From positions 166,793-230,792 of the forward strand of contig JAGNLM010000003.1 of assembly GCA_017999615.1 (NCBI GenBank): a DNA stretch of 64,000 nucleotides, read 5' to 3'. The position numbers and the translations under genes were made by a program. Below, in pieces: positions 36,935-49,078 of this stretch. The notes below the pieces were generated by a model that was not told the origin of the DNA, searched no databases, and saw only the letters and a program-made list of their open reading frames with translations. This DNA comes from Gammaproteobacteria bacterium. GTDB lineage: Bacteria; Pseudomonadota; Gammaproteobacteria; JAABTG01. Position 1 is the first letter of the stretch, and every line of letters starts with the position of its first letter.

Positions 36935-38338
36935 TCAGCCCTTGCGCCGGACGTGGCGGACCATGCGCTGGCGGTGGCGGACCTGGCGGGGAGTGAGCTC
37001 GTTGCGTCGCCCCGCAAAGGGGTTGGCGCCCGTGCGCAGCTCGATCCGCACCGGGGTGCCCTCCAGATCCAGGGCCTCCCGGAACCGACGCGTGAGATAG
37101 CGCCGGTAGCTCTCCGGGAGCTCGTCCGCCTGGTTGCCGTGGATGACGACCACCGGGGGCCGCTGGCCGCCCTGGTGCGCGTAGCGCAACTTGATCCGGC
37201 GCCCGCGCACGAGGGGCGGGGCGTGGGCCGCTACCGCGTCCTGCAGCAGGCGGGTCAGCACGGGCGTGGGCATCTTGCGGCTCCCGGCCTGGGCGGCTCG
37301 GTCCACGACCGCGAACAGCTCGCCGACCCCGCTGCCGTGCAGCGCCGAGATGAAGTGCGGGCGCGCGAAGTCCACGAAGGCCAGGCGGCGGTCCAGCTCG
37401 GCCTTGACGCGTGCCCGCTCGTCCGGGGCGAGCCCGTCCCACTTGTTGACGCCGAGGACCAGGGCGCGGCCCGCCTCGAGCACGTGGCCGAGGAGGTGCA
37501 GGTCCTGCTCGGCGATGCCCTCCCGGGCGTCGAGCAGGAGCACCACCACGTCGGCTGCCTCGATCGCCTGCAGCGTCTTGACCACGCTGAACTTCTCGAT
37601 CCGCTCGGCGATCCGCGCCCGGCGCCGCACCCCCGCCGTGTCGATGAGGACGTAGGGGCGGCCGTCGCGCCGGAAGGGCACCTCGACGCTGTCCCGGGTG
37701 GTGCCCGGGGCATCGAAGGTGAGCTGGCGCTCCTCCCCGACCATCCGGTTGACGAGGGTCGATTTCCCCACGTTCGGGCGGCCCACCACCGCGACCCGGA
37801 CGCCCTCGGCCTCGGGCCCGGCCTCCGCGGGCCCCGGGGGGAGGGCGGCCTCGACCGCCTCCACCAGCGCTGCGCTGCCGTGTCCGTGGGCGGCGGAGAC
37901 CGGGATCGGGGTGCCGAGGCCGAGCGCGTGGAACTCCGCGACCGCGCTCTGGGGCTCGAGGCCCTCGGTCTTGTTCACCACCAGGAGGACGGGGCGGCCG
38001 TAGCGGCGCAGGCGCTCCGCGGTGTGCTCGTCGCCGGGGGTGCGGCCGGCCCGCCCGTCCACCATCAGCAGGACCAGGTCGGCCTCTTCGACGGCCTGCA
38101 GGGCCTGGCGCGTCACCAGGGGGTCGAGACCATCCTCGCTCTCGGTGAGTCCGCCGGTGTCGACCACGATCCAGGGTCGGGCGCCCACGCGGGCGCGGCC
38201 GTACTGACGGTCCCGCGTGAGGCCCGGCTCGTCGGCGACGAGGGCCTGGCGCGAGCGGGTCAGGTGATTGAACAGCGTCGACTTGCCCACGTTCGGCCGG
38301 CCGACGATGGCGACGACAGGGACCTGGCCTTCAGGCAT
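36935..38338 (-). CDS. der: Ribosome-associated GTPase Der (EngA)
   Basis: Two G-domains ([24 protein letters not shown]) plus a KH-like C-terminus. Confidence 0.95.
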   Translation of the reverse strand: MPEGQVPVVAIVGRPNVGKSTLFNHLTRSRQALVADEPGLTRDRQYGRARVGARPWIVVDTGGLTESEDGLDPLVTRQALQAVEEADLVLLMVDGRAGRTPGDEHTAERLRRYGRPVLLVVNKTEGLEPQSAVAEFHALGLGTPIPVSAAHGHGSAALVEAVEAALPPGPAEAGPEAEGVRVAVVGRPNVGKSTLVNRMVGEERQLTFDAPGTTRDSVEVPFRRDGRPYVLIDTAGVRRRARIAERIEKFSVVKTLQAIEAADVVVLLLDAREGIAEQDLHLLGHVLEAGRALVLGVNKWDGLAPDERARVKAELDRRLAFVDFARPHFISALHGSGVGELFAVVDRAAQAGSRKMPTPVLTRLLQDAVAAHAPPLVRGRRIKLRYAHQGGQRPPVVVIHGNQADELPESYRRYLTRRFREALDLEGTPVRIELRTGANPFAGRRNELTPRQVRHRQRMVRHVRRKG

Positions 38339-38395
38339 GACGTGCCCTCGTTGGCGGGGGAGCGGCGATTCGGAGCGGGCCCGGGAGCGGGCCCA

Positions 38396-39547
38396 TCAGT
38401 CTCCGGCCCGCAGCGCCTCCACGGTCCCGCTGCGCCCGTAGGCGTAGAGCACGCCGCCCGAGGCCTCCGGGGCCGAGTGGAAACCCGAGCTGTCGACCCG
38501 ATAGCGGGCGACGAGCTCGCCGTCCTCGCGCCGCAGCCAGTGCAGATAGCCTTCCAGGTCGCCCACCACCACGTAGCGCGCGACCAGCACGGGCGCGGTC
38601 AGCCGGCGCCCCTTCATGCGCTCGTCCTTCCACACCACCTGGCCGTTGAAGCGGTCGAGCGCCCAGAGCACGCTGTCCTCGTCGGACACGAAGACGAGGC
38701 GGCTGTCCACCGCGAGCCCTGCGCTCGAGGAGAGGTCCTTCTGCCAGTAGGGCTTACCGCTGCCGGGCTCGAGCGCGGCCACCTGGCCCCGGTAGGCGAC
38801 GGCGTAGACCGCGTCCTCGGCGAGGGCCGGGGCGGAGTCGATGTCCACCATCCGCTCCAGGTCCGAGCGCCCGCGGGGCGAGGCGATGCGCGTCTCCCAG
38901 ACCTGGCGCCCGTCGCGGGCGGCCACGGCGACGAGGCGGCCACCGTCGAAGCCGTCGATGACGAGGTCACCGGCCACCACGGGGTCGCCGGTGCCGCGCA
39001 GGGAGAGCAGGGGAACGCCCTTGTCGAAGACCCACAGACGGCGCCCGCTCTGCACGTCCAGCCCGAAGAGGCGCCCGTCCACGGTGCGCACCGCCACGAT
39101 CCCGCTCCCGACCGCGGGTGGGGAGAGGACCTCGCTGCTGACGCGGGTCTGCCAGCGCACCGACCCGGACTCCACGTCGAGGGCCAGCACCTGCCCGTCC
39201 GCCGTGCCCACGACCACCGTGCCGCCCCCCAGGGTGGGGCCGGCGGAGACCGGCGTGCGCGTGTCGGTCTCCCAGATCTCCTTGCCCGTCTCCGCGTCGA
39301 GCAGGGTCACGCGGCCCTTGGGGTCGGCGACCGCGACCCGTCCCCCGCGCACCGCGGCGCGCAGGTCCAGTACCTGCCCCTTGCTGCTCGCACCGGCGTC
39401 GTGGGACCACAGGGCGTGCACCGTGACCCGGGGCGTGAAGTCCACGAGCGGCGCGGGCCCCCCGGCCTCGTCGCCGCCGAACCACCCGAGGCTCGAACAG
39501 CCGCCGAGCAGGGTGGCGAGGGCGAGCAAGCCGAGGCGGCGGGTCAC
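38396..39547 (-). CDS. bamB: Outer-membrane protein assembly factor BamB
   Basis: Lipobox LLGG|CSS. Repeated beta-propeller (PQQ-like) blades. yfgM-bamB-der order. Confidence 0.9.
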   Translation of the reverse strand: MTRRLGLLALATLLGGCSSLGWFGGDEAGGPAPLVDFTPRVTVHALWSHDAGASSKGQVLDLRAAVRGGRVAVADPKGRVTLLDAETGKEIWETDTRTPVSAGPTLGGGTVVVGTADGQVLALDVESGSVRWQTRVSSEVLSPPAVGSGIVAVRTVDGRLFGLDVQSGRRLWVFDKGVPLLSLRGTGDPVVAGDLVIDGFDGGRLVAVAARDGRQVWETRIASPRGRSDLERMVDIDSAPALAEDAVYAVAYRGQVAALEPGSGKPYWQKDLSSSAGLAVDSRLVFVSDEDSVLWALDRFNGQVVWKDERMKGRRLTAPVLVARYVVVGDLEGYLHWLRREDGELVARYRVDSSGFHSAPEASGGVLYAYGRSGTVEALRAGD

Positions 39548-40203
39548 GACTGGCCCTCCCCGCTGGCCTCGGGCTGTCCGAGGTCGTCGAGCTTCATGCG
39601 CACCAGGGGCTGGGTGGGTGCGCCTTCGCCGAGGCCCTGCAGGGCCTCGAGGTACGCCCGGCGCGCGCCCGCCGTGTCGCCGCGGGTGGCGAGCACGTCG
39701 CCCCGGAGCTCCGCGAAGGCCGCCCGGAACGCGGCCGGTGCGTCGGCCGACGCGGCGGCGAGCGCCTCGTCGAGCTTGCCCTGGGCGAGCAGGACCCGCG
39801 CCTTCTGGAGCCTCGCGGCGGGCACGAGCTCGCCCAGGAAGGAGCCGTCGATGACGCGGTCCAGATGGCGGGCCGCGGCGTCCAGGTCACCCTGCCCGGC
39901 GGTCAGCCGGGCGAGGAGCAGGGAGGTGAGGCCGGCGTAGAGGCTGCGGGGGTGGTGCTCGACGAGCTGCTCCCCGAGCAGGACGGCGCTCTGGCGGTCA
40001 CCCGCGGTGGCCTCGGCGAGCACGTTCTCGTAGCGCAGCGAGGCGGTGGCCGCCTCACGGTGCTCGTAGTCCTGCCAGGCGCGCCAGCCGAGCACGGCCG
40101 CGAGCCCCAGGCCGACCCCGAGCACGATGGATTTCCCGTTCTCCTTCCACCACTTGCGCAGGGCCTCTACCTGCTCCCGGTCGCTGTCGTAGATGTCGAC
40201 CAC
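39544..40203 (-). CDS. yfgM: YfgM-family membrane-anchored TPR protein
   Basis: EQVEALRKWWKENGKSIVLGVGLGLAAVLGW plus a TPR-like C-terminus. Located between hisS and bamB. Confidence 0.75.
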   Translation of the reverse strand: MVDIYDSDREQVEALRKWWKENGKSIVLGVGLGLAAVLGWRAWQDYEHREAATASLRYENVLAEATAGDRQSAVLLGEQLVEHHPRSLYAGLTSLLLARLTAGQGDLDAAARHLDRVIDGSFLGELVPAARLQKARVLLAQGKLDEALAAASADAPAAFRAAFAELRGDVLATRGDTAGARRAYLEALQGLGEGAPTQPLVRMKLDDLGQPEASGEGQS

Positions 40204-40299
40204 GTTCGTCTCGCTCCTGTCCGGTCCCTTGCTGCCGCGGCGCCGTCGGGTGCGCCCCGGCCGTCCGTGCGGCGCGGGTCCGTACCCCGGCGGGTCGGC

Positions 40300-41577
<1,278 letters not shown>

Positions 41578-41619
41578 GGGGTGGGCGACCTCGATACCGG
41601 GCAGGGGACCCGCGCTGGC

Positions 41620-42660
41620 TCAGCCGCCCACGGTGAAGCGGGCGATGTCGCGGGAGGTGTGGGGCGCATGGTCGAAGAGCGCGCCATTGTACTCGACCTG
41701 TGCATCCCGGGCGTATCCGAGGATCACCCGAAACGGCGGCGTCCCGCTCAGCGAGAGCACCTGGCCGCCCTTGGCCTGGTTGAAGAAGAGCCGCTTGCCG
41801 CCGCGCTCGTAGACCTCGACCCAGGAGTCGTGCTTGAAGCGCAGCACCAGGCGGTTCGGGCCACCTTCCGGGACGGCCGGAGGGGTGGACGCTGGCTCTG
41901 CGGCGGCGCTCGCCGCGGTGGTCCCGGGCGCTACGGGCCCGGGCGGCGCTGCGGGCGCGGCCGTGCCCGTGCCGGCCGGCGGGGTGGAGGCCGTGGCGGC
42001 GGCGGTGGCACCGGCCCTCACCGGCAGGGCGGGCGTGGGGGTGCCGGGGGCTGCGGTCGTGCCGGGGGCCAAGACCGGGCCCGCCGCGAGCGCAGGGGCG
42101 CCTGCCACGGCAGGGGTCGGGGCTACGGCCACCGCCGGGCTCGCCGCAGGTGTGGGCGGGGGCGCGGCCGCCCGCCCGGTCAACGCAGGGGCGGCCAGGA
42201 CCGGGGGCGGGGTGGCGCCGGCCTGGTCGAGCGGCACCGGCTCCGGCGTGCGCTCGTAGCGCCACCACAGCACGCCGAGGGTGACCAGGGCGGCCACGAT
42301 GACGTAGGTCATGAGCCGCACGGGCAGGTCGGAGCTACGGACCTCCTGGCGTCGGGACAGGTCGGCCACCAGCCCCGGAGGGGTGTGGCCCTCGCGGTCG
42401 TAAGCCTCCACGATGGGCTCGGGAGGCAGGCCGAGCAACCGGGAGTAGCTCCGCAGATAGCCCCGCACGAAGGTCGGCTCCGGCAGGGCACGGTAGTCGT
42501 CGCGCTCGAGGGCGTCCACGACGCGGCGGTCGAGCCGCAGGCGCACCGCCACGTCGTCCTGGCTGAGTCTCGCTGCCGTGCGCGCCTCGCGCAGACGGCG
42601 CCCCGGGCTCGCGGAGCCGTCCTCGGCCACGCCGGGGATGTCGAAGGGATGGACTGTCAC
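41620..42660 (-). CDS. rodZ: Cytoskeleton protein RodZ
   Basis: N-terminal XRE HTH (GRRLREARTAARLSQDDVA), TM segment, Pro/Ala-rich linker, C-terminal DUF4115-like domain. Confidence 0.8.
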   Translation of the reverse strand: MTVHPFDIPGVAEDGSASPGRRLREARTAARLSQDDVAVRLRLDRRVVDALERDDYRALPEPTFVRGYLRSYSRLLGLPPEPIVEAYDREGHTPPGLVADLSRRQEVRSSDLPVRLMTYVIVAALVTLGVLWWRYERTPEPVPLDQAGATPPPVLAAPALTGRAAAPPPTPAASPAVAVAPTPAVAGAPALAAGPVLAPGTTAAPGTPTPALPVRAGATAAATASTPPAGTGTAAPAAPPGPVAPGTTAASAAAEPASTPPAVPEGGPNRLVLRFKHDSWVEVYERGGKRLFFNQAKGGQVLSLSGTPPFRVILGYARDAQVEYNGALFDHAPHTSRDIARFTVGG

Positions 42661-43412
42661 TTGGTGCGTCCCAGGGAGACCTCACGGGCCTCGGCAGAGT
42701 CGGGGAAACGGGACCTCAGGAGCCCTGCGTAGTTCGCGGCGGCCCGGGTGTCGCCGAGCGCACGCTCGACGCGCACACCGAGGGCGAGGCTCTGGGCGCC
42801 CGGCTCGGTGGTGTCGTGATAGCGCTGCAGGAGGCCGCGCGCGGCGTCGGCCCGTCCCTGAGCCAGGCTCAGCTCCGCCAGGGCGAGCAGGGCGGGCGGG
42901 TAGGAAGGCCTCGCCGACAGGGCTTGGCGCAGGTACTCCTCCGCCCGGTCCGGTGCCCCGTGCCGGCTCAGGCAGAGCCCGGCGTTGGTGTAGGCGATCT
43001 CGGGTGTCTCGTAGCCGCGGTTGTCCGCCGCGTGCCGGAACTGCTCCTCGGCCTCGGGCACCCGGTCGAGCCGGCAGAGGAAGTTGCCGAAGTTGGTCGC
43101 GATGGACGCGTTCTCGGGGGCGAGCCGCAGGGCGTCCCGGAAGTGCGACTCGGCCGCCTCGTTCTCCCCGAGGCGGTCGTAGAGCACGGCAACGGCCAGG
43201 TGGGCGTCGGGCGAGCTGGGATCGGTCTTGACCGCCCGGCGCAGCTTGTCGAGGGCGATGTCGGTCTTGCCCTCCTGCAGATAGCCGATGCCGAGCTGCA
43301 GGTTGATCTGGGCGAGACGCGCGGCCCGTGTCTCCGGGTCCAGGGTCTGGCCTCCGGCGCAGCCCCCGAGCGCCGCCGCGGCGGCGAGCGCGAGAAGGAT
43401 CCCTCTGGTCAT
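42657..43412 (-). CDS. pilW: Type IV pilus biogenesis/stability lipoprotein PilW (TPR)
   Basis: Lipobox ALGG|CAG. TPR repeats. Conserved rlmN-pilW-rodZ position. Confidence 0.8.
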   Translation of the reverse strand: MTRGILLALAAAAALGGCAGGQTLDPETRAARLAQINLQLGIGYLQEGKTDIALDKLRRAVKTDPSSPDAHLAVAVLYDRLGENEAAESHFRDALRLAPENASIATNFGNFLCRLDRVPEAEEQFRHAADNRGYETPEIAYTNAGLCLSRHGAPDRAEEYLRQALSARPSYPPALLALAELSLAQGRADAARGLLQRYHDTTEPGAQSLALGVRVERALGDTRAAANYAGLLRSRFPDSAEAREVSLGRTK

Positions 43413-44518
43413 TGGCCGCCACCCTCTGCGTAGACCGGATACGGGCAGGATAGCCGGGCCCGCCGCGGGCGCGCCAGCACCCGGCCCACCAGTTGCCCGC
43501 AGGCCGCGTCGATGTCCTCGCCGCGGGTCTTGCGGGTGATGGTCATCAGCCCCGCCTCGAGCAGCACCTCCCGGAAGCGGTCGACCACGGCGACCGGAGA
43601 GCGCGCATAGCCCGACTCCGGGAACGGGTTGAAGGGGATCAGGTTGACCTTGGCGGACCGGTCGCGCAGCAGCGCGGCGAGCTCACGGGCGTGCTCGAGC
43701 GAGTCGTTGACCCCCGCCAGCATGACGTATTCGAAGGTCACCACCGACTTCGGGGCATCCGCGACGTAGCGCCAGCAGGCCTCGAGGAGCTTGCCGATGG
43801 GGTACTTGCGGTTGATGGGGACCAGCTGGTCGCGCAGGGCGTCGTTCGGGGCGTGCAGGGACACCGCCAGGCTGACCGGGCACTCGACCCGCAGGCGCTC
43901 GATCGCCGGCACCACCCCCGCCGTGCTGACGGTCACCCGCCGCCGGCCGAGGCCGAAGGCGAGGTCGTCGAGCAGGAGCTGGAGGGCGGGCACGACCTGG
44001 TCGAGGTTGAGCAGCGGCTCGCCCATCCCCATCAGGACGACGTTGGTGAGCGGGCGCCCGGCGCCCCCCGCCGCCAGCTCGCGCCGGGCCTGCCAGACCT
44101 GGCCGACGATCTCGGCGGTGGTGAGGTCGCGGTTGAAGCCCCGGTAGCCGGTGGAGCAGAAGCTGCAGCCGAGGGCGCAGCCCACCTGGGAGGAGATGCA
44201 GAGGGTCCCGCGCTCCTCGTCGGGGATGTAGACGGTCTCGACGCAGTTGCCGTCGTCGAGACCCATCAGCCACTTCCAGGTCCCGTCCGCGGACTGCTGG
44301 CGGCCGGCCACCGGCGGCGGCTCCACCCGGGCGGTCTCCTGGAGCCGGGCGCGCAACGCCCGGCTCAGGTCGGTCATCGCCTCGAAATCGAGCTCGCCCC
44401 GGTGATAGACCCACTTCAGGACCTGGGTCGCGCGGAAGGGCTGTTCGCCGAGCCCGGCGAAGAACTCCCGCAGCGCCGCGGGGCTCAGGCCGAACAGGTT
44501 CACGCGGGACTCGGACAC
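43409..44518 (-). CDS. rlmN: Dual-specificity RNA methyltransferase RlmN (radical SAM)
   Basis: [34 protein letters not shown]. Confidence 0.95.
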   Translation of the reverse strand: MSESRVNLFGLSPAALREFFAGLGEQPFRATQVLKWVYHRGELDFEAMTDLSRALRARLQETARVEPPPVAGRQQSADGTWKWLMGLDDGNCVETVYIPDEERGTLCISSQVGCALGCSFCSTGYRGFNRDLTTAEIVGQVWQARRELAAGGAGRPLTNVVLMGMGEPLLNLDQVVPALQLLLDDLAFGLGRRRVTVSTAGVVPAIERLRVECPVSLAVSLHAPNDALRDQLVPINRKYPIGKLLEACWRYVADAPKSVVTFEYVMLAGVNDSLEHARELAALLRDRSAKVNLIPFNPFPESGYARSPVAVVDRFREVLLEAGLMTITRKTRGEDIDAACGQLVGRVLARPRRARLSCPYPVYAEGGGQ

Positions 44519-44522
44519 GGCC

Positions 44523-44954
44523 TCAGCGGGTCCGCTTGCAGACCTCTTCCGGGCGGAAGAAGTGCGCGATCTCGGTGGCGGCGGTCTCCGGCGCGTCCGA
44601 CCCGTGCACCGCGTTCTCCTCCACGCTGGTCGCGTAGTCCGCCCGGATGGTGCCGGGCGCGGCCTTCGCGGGGTTGGTGGCGCCCATCACCTCGCGGTTG
44701 CGGGCGATGGCGTTCTCGCCCTCGAGCACCTGGACCATCACCGGCCCGGAGGTCATGAAGGCGACCAGGTCGGCGTAGAAGGGCCTCTCCCGGTGGACGG
44801 CGTAGAAGCCCTCGGCCTGCTCCCGGGTGAGGTGCAGCATCCGCGCCGCGACGACCCTCAGGCCCGCCTTCTCGAAGCGGGAATAGATCTCGCCGATCAC
44901 GTTCTTCGCGACCGCATCGGGCTTCACGATGGACAGCGTGCGCTCAATCGCCAT
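44523..44954 (-). CDS. ndk: Nucleoside-diphosphate kinase
   Basis: [19 protein letters not shown]. Confidence 0.95.
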   Translation of the reverse strand: MAIERTLSIVKPDAVAKNVIGEIYSRFEKAGLRVVAARMLHLTREQAEGFYAVHRERPFYADLVAFMTSGPVMVQVLEGENAIARNREVMGATNPAKAAPGTIRADYATSVEENAVHGSDAPETAATEIAHFFRPEEVCKRTR

Positions 44955-45059
44955 AGGTCTCGTTTCCTTGAAGGAGGACAGGGGCGGGGCCCCGCGCGGC
45001 CCGGCCCTTCAGCGTGGCCCGCCCGCGGGGCGGGCGGGCGCGGCTCGGCCCGGGCGGCG

Positions 45060-45566
45060 TCAGTACCGCCCGTGCTGCTTGGTGATGTAATTCGCCATCT
45101 CGACGTACTGGGCGTTCATCCGGCGCAGGATCTGGTGCACCGCCTGGACGATGGCCTGCATCAGCCGGTACACGATCCAGGGCTGGTCCTGCAGCAGGGC
45201 CTCGACTCGTTCCCGGTCGAAGCTGATGACCCCCGCCTCGCCCACCGCCCGCAGGCTCGCGCTGTGGGGGCGGCCCGTGACGAAGCCCATCTCGCCTGCC
45301 AGGTCGCCCGGGCGGAGAAGCGCGAGCGTGGTCCACTCGCCGCACCCGCAGTCCCGGGTCACCGCGATCATCCCTTCGGTGACGAGGTGGAAGGCGCGGT
45401 CGGTGTGGCCTTCGGCAATCAGGACCTCGTCCGCTGCCAGCCGGCGCGCCTCGCCGATCCCAGCCAGGGTCCGGCACTGCTCGTCGTCCAGCTGGGCCGC
45501 CAGGGAGGACCCCCGCAGCGTGTCGTAGACGGTCGACGGCTCCATCGCCCGCGCCTCGCCAGTCAC
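45060..45566 (-). CDS. Stand-alone cyclic-nucleotide-binding domain protein
   Basis: CNB beta-barrel: EVLIAEGHTDRAFHLVTEGMIAV...LRPGDLAGEMGFVTGRPHSASLRA. No output domain. Confidence 0.75.
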   Translation of the reverse strand: MTGEARAMEPSTVYDTLRGSSLAAQLDDEQCRTLAGIGEARRLAADEVLIAEGHTDRAFHLVTEGMIAVTRDCGCGEWTTLALLRPGDLAGEMGFVTGRPHSASLRAVGEAGVISFDRERVEALLQDQPWIVYRLMQAIVQAVHQILRRMNAQYVEMANYITKQHGRY

Positions 45567-45615
45567 CCGATCGAGCCAGTAAGTTTGGCGGGGAACGGCG
45601 GGGACTGCAACGACA

Positions 45616-46122
45616 TCAGGACGGCATGTCGAAGGTGACCGCGGTCCGGCTCCGGCTCATCTCGTGGGGCCCGCAGGTGACGACCGCACCCCGGTCCTGG
45701 CGCCGCGCGACCTCCTTCACTGCGTCCCGGGCCACCAGGGTGGCGAGGCTCACGCCGTCCAGGAAGCGGTGGATGTGCTCGCTCAGCTCGCACCAGAGCT
45801 CGTGGGTGAGGCAGCGCTGGTCGGCCTGGCAGTTGCCGCGGCCGCCGCAGCGGGTGGCGTCCACCGACTCATCCACCGCCTCGATGACCTCGGCCACCGC
45901 GATCTCCTCGGCCGGGCGCCCCAACCGGTATCCGCCACCGGGGCCCCGCGTGCTCTCCACCAGACCCTTGCGTCGCAGTCGGGAGAAGAGCTGCTCCAGG
46001 TAGGAGAGCGAGATCGCCTGACGGCGGGAGATGTCGGCCAGGGTCACCGGCCCCTCTCCCCGGTGGAAGGCCAAGTCCAGCATGGCAGTGACGGCGTAGC
46101 GCCCTTTGGTGGTGAGCCTCAT
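45616..46122 (-). CDS. iscR: Rrf2-family Fe-S regulator IscR
   Basis: [33 protein letters not shown], and the Cys triad [13 protein letters not shown] plus His. Confidence 0.85.
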   Translation of the reverse strand: MRLTTKGRYAVTAMLDLAFHRGEGPVTLADISRRQAISLSYLEQLFSRLRRKGLVESTRGPGGGYRLGRPAEEIAVAEVIEAVDESVDATRCGGRGNCQADQRCLTHELWCELSEHIHRFLDGVSLATLVARDAVKEVARRQDRGAVVTCGPHEMSRSRTAVTFDMPS

Positions 46123-46197
46123 GTGGGGAACCCCGCGCGGATGCCTTCCGGCTCGATAGACCTGTCAGTCGTTGACCTGCGATAGGGCTACCATGGC

Positions 46198-46222
46198 ATC
46201 ACTGACATCCGCAGTCAACTAT
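46198..46222 (-). promoter_or_regulatory. Candidate type-1 IscR binding site
   Basis: The bottom strand reads ATAGTTGACTGCGGATGTCAGTGAT. It matches 18 of 25 positions of ATASYYGACTRWWWYAGTCRRSTAT. It lies about 76-100 nt upstream of the iscR ATG and overlaps the cysE 3' end. Confidence 0.35.
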
Positions 46223-47015
46223 TGGCCGCGGGTTCTCCCTTGGGCTCCTCCTCCGCGTCCAGGGGGGCGCTGGCGGGCTCCACGCGGCAGGCCCCGAGCG
46301 CGGGCAGGTCCACGTCCGGCACCTCGGCCCCGAGACGGCGCAGGGTCTCGCACATGAGCTCGAGCTTGCGGTCGGTGGCGTGCAGGTGGTCCAGCATGCA
46401 ATTGATGGCGTTGGCCACCGGGTCCGGCATGCTCTGGGTCACGCCGTAGGCGTCGAAGCCCATGCGCTGGGCCATCTGCTGGCGGTGGCCCGGCGGGGCC
46501 TCGCGCGCCTGCACCACGCGGCCCGGGATGCCCACCACGGTGGCGCCGGGCGGGACGTCCTTGACCACCACTGCGTTCGAGCCGATGCGCGCGCCGTCGC
46601 CCACCGTGATCGGCCCGAGCACCTTGGCGCCCGCCCCCACCACCACGTTGTTGCCGAGGGTGGGGTGGCGCTTGCCCTGCTGCCAGGTGGTGCCGCCCAG
46701 CGTCACGCCGTGGTAGAGCGTGCAGTCGTCGCCCACCTCGGCGGTCTCGCCGATCACCACCCCCATGCCGTGGTCGATGAAGCACCGGCGCCCGATGCGC
46801 GCCGCAGGGTGGATCTCGATGCCGGTCAGCACCCGCGCGATGGTGGAGAGCCAGCGCGCGAGCCAGCGCAGGTCGACGTTCCAGAGGAAATGGTTACCCC
46901 GGTGCAGCAGAACGGCGAGCACGCCCGGGTAGGTGGTCAGGACCTCGAACGAGTTGCGCGCCGCGGGGTCGCGGGCGAAGACGCTCTGCAGGTCGTCGAG
47001 GAATCGCTCGAACAT
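46215..47015 (-). CDS. cysE: Serine O-acetyltransferase
   Basis: ATG 47015 gives [21 protein letters not shown]. Hexapeptide repeats [11 protein letters not shown]...[11 protein letters not shown]...[11 protein letters not shown]. Confidence 0.9.
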   Translation of the reverse strand: MFERFLDDLQSVFARDPAARNSFEVLTTYPGVLAVLLHRGNHFLWNVDLRWLARWLSTIARVLTGIEIHPAARIGRRCFIDHGMGVVIGETAEVGDDCTLYHGVTLGGTTWQQGKRHPTLGNNVVVGAGAKVLGPITVGDGARIGSNAVVVKDVPPGATVVGIPGRVVQAREAPPGHRQQMAQRMGFDAYGVTQSMPDPVANAINCMLDHLHATDRKLELMCETLRRLGAEVPDVDLPALGACRVEPASAPLDAEEEPKGEPAANS

Positions 47016-47106
47016 GCGCACGAAGTATACGCGGCCTGCCTCGGCGAGGCGGGGCGGGGGTGCGGTGCCCTCGAAGGCGGGTGCGGGCATGGGGTAGAGT
47101 CTGCAC

Positions 47107-48399
47107 ATGGGAAACGAGTCCGCAAGCGACCTTCCTGGAAGCGCCATTCCTGCAGGCGCCATTCCTGCAGGCGCCATCCGGCGCCGCCCGTCCCTCGCGG
47201 CCCGCGTGGGCGAGGTGGTCATCGGCGGGGGCGCCCCCGTCGTGGTCCAGTCCATGACCAACACCGAGACCGCCGACGTGCCGGCGACCGTGGCCCAGGT
47301 GGCGGCGCTCGCCCGGGCCGGCTCGGAGCTGGTGCGGGTCACCGTGGACACCGCCGAGGCGGCTGCCGCGGTGCCCCGGATCCGCGAGGCCCTCGCGCGC
47401 CAGGGCGTGGCGGTCCCGCTCATCGGCGACTTCCACTTCAACGGCCACAAGCTGCTCACCGATCACCCGGCCTGCGCCGAGGCCCTGGCCAAGTACCGCA
47501 TCAACCCCGGCAACGTGGGCCGCGGCGCCAAGCGTGACCTGCAGTTCGCGACGCTCGTCGAGCTGGCCTGCCGGCACGAGCGTCCGGTGCGGATCGGCGT
47601 CAACTGGGGCAGCCTCGACCCCGAGCTGGTGGCCCGGATGATGGACGAGAACGCGTCCCTTCCCGAGCCGGGGGGGGCGGCCGAGGTGATGCGCGCGGCG
47701 ATGGTGCGCTCCGCGCTGGAGAGCGCGGCGCAGGCCGTGGAGCTCGGCCTGCCGCCCGAGCGCATCGTGCTCTCCTGCAAGATGAGCGCGGTCCAGGACC
47801 TGGTGGCGGTCTACCGGGACCTCGCCCGGCGCTGCGCGTACCCCCTGCACCTGGGCCTCACCGAGGCGGGCATGGGCGTGAAGGGGATCGTGGCCTCGAC
47901 GGCGGCGCTCGCCGTGCTCCTGCAGGAGGGGATCGGCGACACCATCCGGGTCTCGCTGACGCCGGAGCCCGGGGGGGACCGGGCCGCCGAGGTGCGGGTC
48001 GCCCAGGAGGTGCTGCAGTCCATGGGCCTGCGCGCCTTCGCCCCGACCGTGGTCTCCTGCCCCGGGTGCGGGCGCACCGCGAGCACCTACTTCCAGGAGC
48101 TTGCCCGGGACATCGAGGCCTACCTGCGCCGCCAGCTGCCCGAGTGGCGCCGGGAGCTCCCCGGGGTGGAGCACCTGACCGTGGCCGTGATGGGCTGCGT
48201 GGTGAACGGGCCGGGTGAGAGCAAGCACGCCGACATCGGGATCAGCCTGCCCGGGACCGGGGAGCACCCGGTAGCCCCCGTGTACGTGGACGGGGAGCGG
48301 GCGGTGACGCTGCGCGGGGACCGGATCGCCGAGGAGTTCCAGGCGCTGGTCGAGGGCTACGTGCGCGAGCGCTACGGGCGGGGTGCCTCCCACGGCTGA
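47107..48399 (+). CDS. ispG: 4-hydroxy-3-methylbut-2-en-1-yl diphosphate synthase
   Basis: [34 protein letters not shown]. The N-terminus contains a tandem 15-nt repeat ([10 protein letters not shown]). Confidence 0.9.
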   Translation: MGNESASDLPGSAIPAGAIPAGAIRRRPSLAARVGEVVIGGGAPVVVQSMTNTETADVPATVAQVAALARAGSELVRVTVDTAEAAAAVPRIREALARQGVAVPLIGDFHFNGHKLLTDHPACAEALAKYRINPGNVGRGAKRDLQFATLVELACRHERPVRIGVNWGSLDPELVARMMDENASLPEPGGAAEVMRAAMVRSALESAAQAVELGLPPERIVLSCKMSAVQDLVAVYRDLARRCAYPLHLGLTEAGMGVKGIVASTAALAVLLQEGIGDTIRVSLTPEPGGDRAAEVRVAQEVLQSMGLRAFAPTVVSCPGCGRTASTYFQELARDIEAYLRRQLPEWRRELPGVEHLTVAVMGCVVNGPGESKHADIGISLPGTGEHPVAPVYVDGERAVTLRGDRIAEEFQALVEGYVRERYGRGASHG

Positions 48400-49066
48400 G
48401 GGGACGGCGCCCGGTGGGCTCCAGGCGCGCCGCCTCGGGCGGGTGGGCTACGCGAGCGCCTGGGAGTCCATGCGCCGCTTCACCGGGGAGCGCGGACCGG
48501 CGACCCCCGACGAGGTCTGGCTGCTGGAGCACCCGCCGGTCTACACCCTCGGCCGGGCCGGGCGGGAAGAGCACGTGCGCGACCCGGGGGCAATCCCGGT
48601 GGTGCGCTCGGATCGCGGTGGGCAGGTGACCTATCACGGGCCGGGGCAGCTCGTGGCCTACGTGCTGGTGGACCTCGGCCGGCGGCGGCTCGGGGTGCGG
48701 CGCTTCGTGGAGCTCCTGGAAGAGGCGGTCCTGGGCACCCTGGCCGCGGGCGGCGTGGCCGGGGACCGGCGGGCGGGCGCCCCCGGCGTCTACGTCGAGG
48801 GGCGCAAGGTCGCCTCGCTCGGCCTGCGGGTGCGTCAGGGGCGGACCTACCACGGCCTCGCCCTGAACGTGGACCTGGACCTGGAGCCCTTCGCACGCAT
48901 CGACCCCTGCGGGTACCGGGGGCTCGCCGTCACGCGCCTGCGGGACCTGGGCGTCCCCTGGGGGGTGGAGGAGGCCGGAGAGCGGCTCCTCGCGGCGCTC
49001 GGCCGGAGGCTGGGCGAGGAAAGCGGCGCCGCGTGCGCTACCATCCCCACCCCGGACGCGGGGTAG
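48383..49066 (+). CDS. lipB: Octanoyltransferase LipB
   Basis: [27 protein letters not shown], and KVASLG with the catalytic Lys context. Confidence 0.85.
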   Translation: MPPTAEGTAPGGLQARRLGRVGYASAWESMRRFTGERGPATPDEVWLLEHPPVYTLGRAGREEHVRDPGAIPVVRSDRGGQVTYHGPGQLVAYVLVDLGRRRLGVRRFVELLEEAVLGTLAAGGVAGDRRAGAPGVYVEGRKVASLGLRVRQGRTYHGLALNVDLDLEPFARIDPCGYRGLAVTRLRDLGVPWGVEEAGERLLAALGRRLGEESGAACATIPTPDAG

Positions 49067-49078
49067 GAGCCTGGCCCG

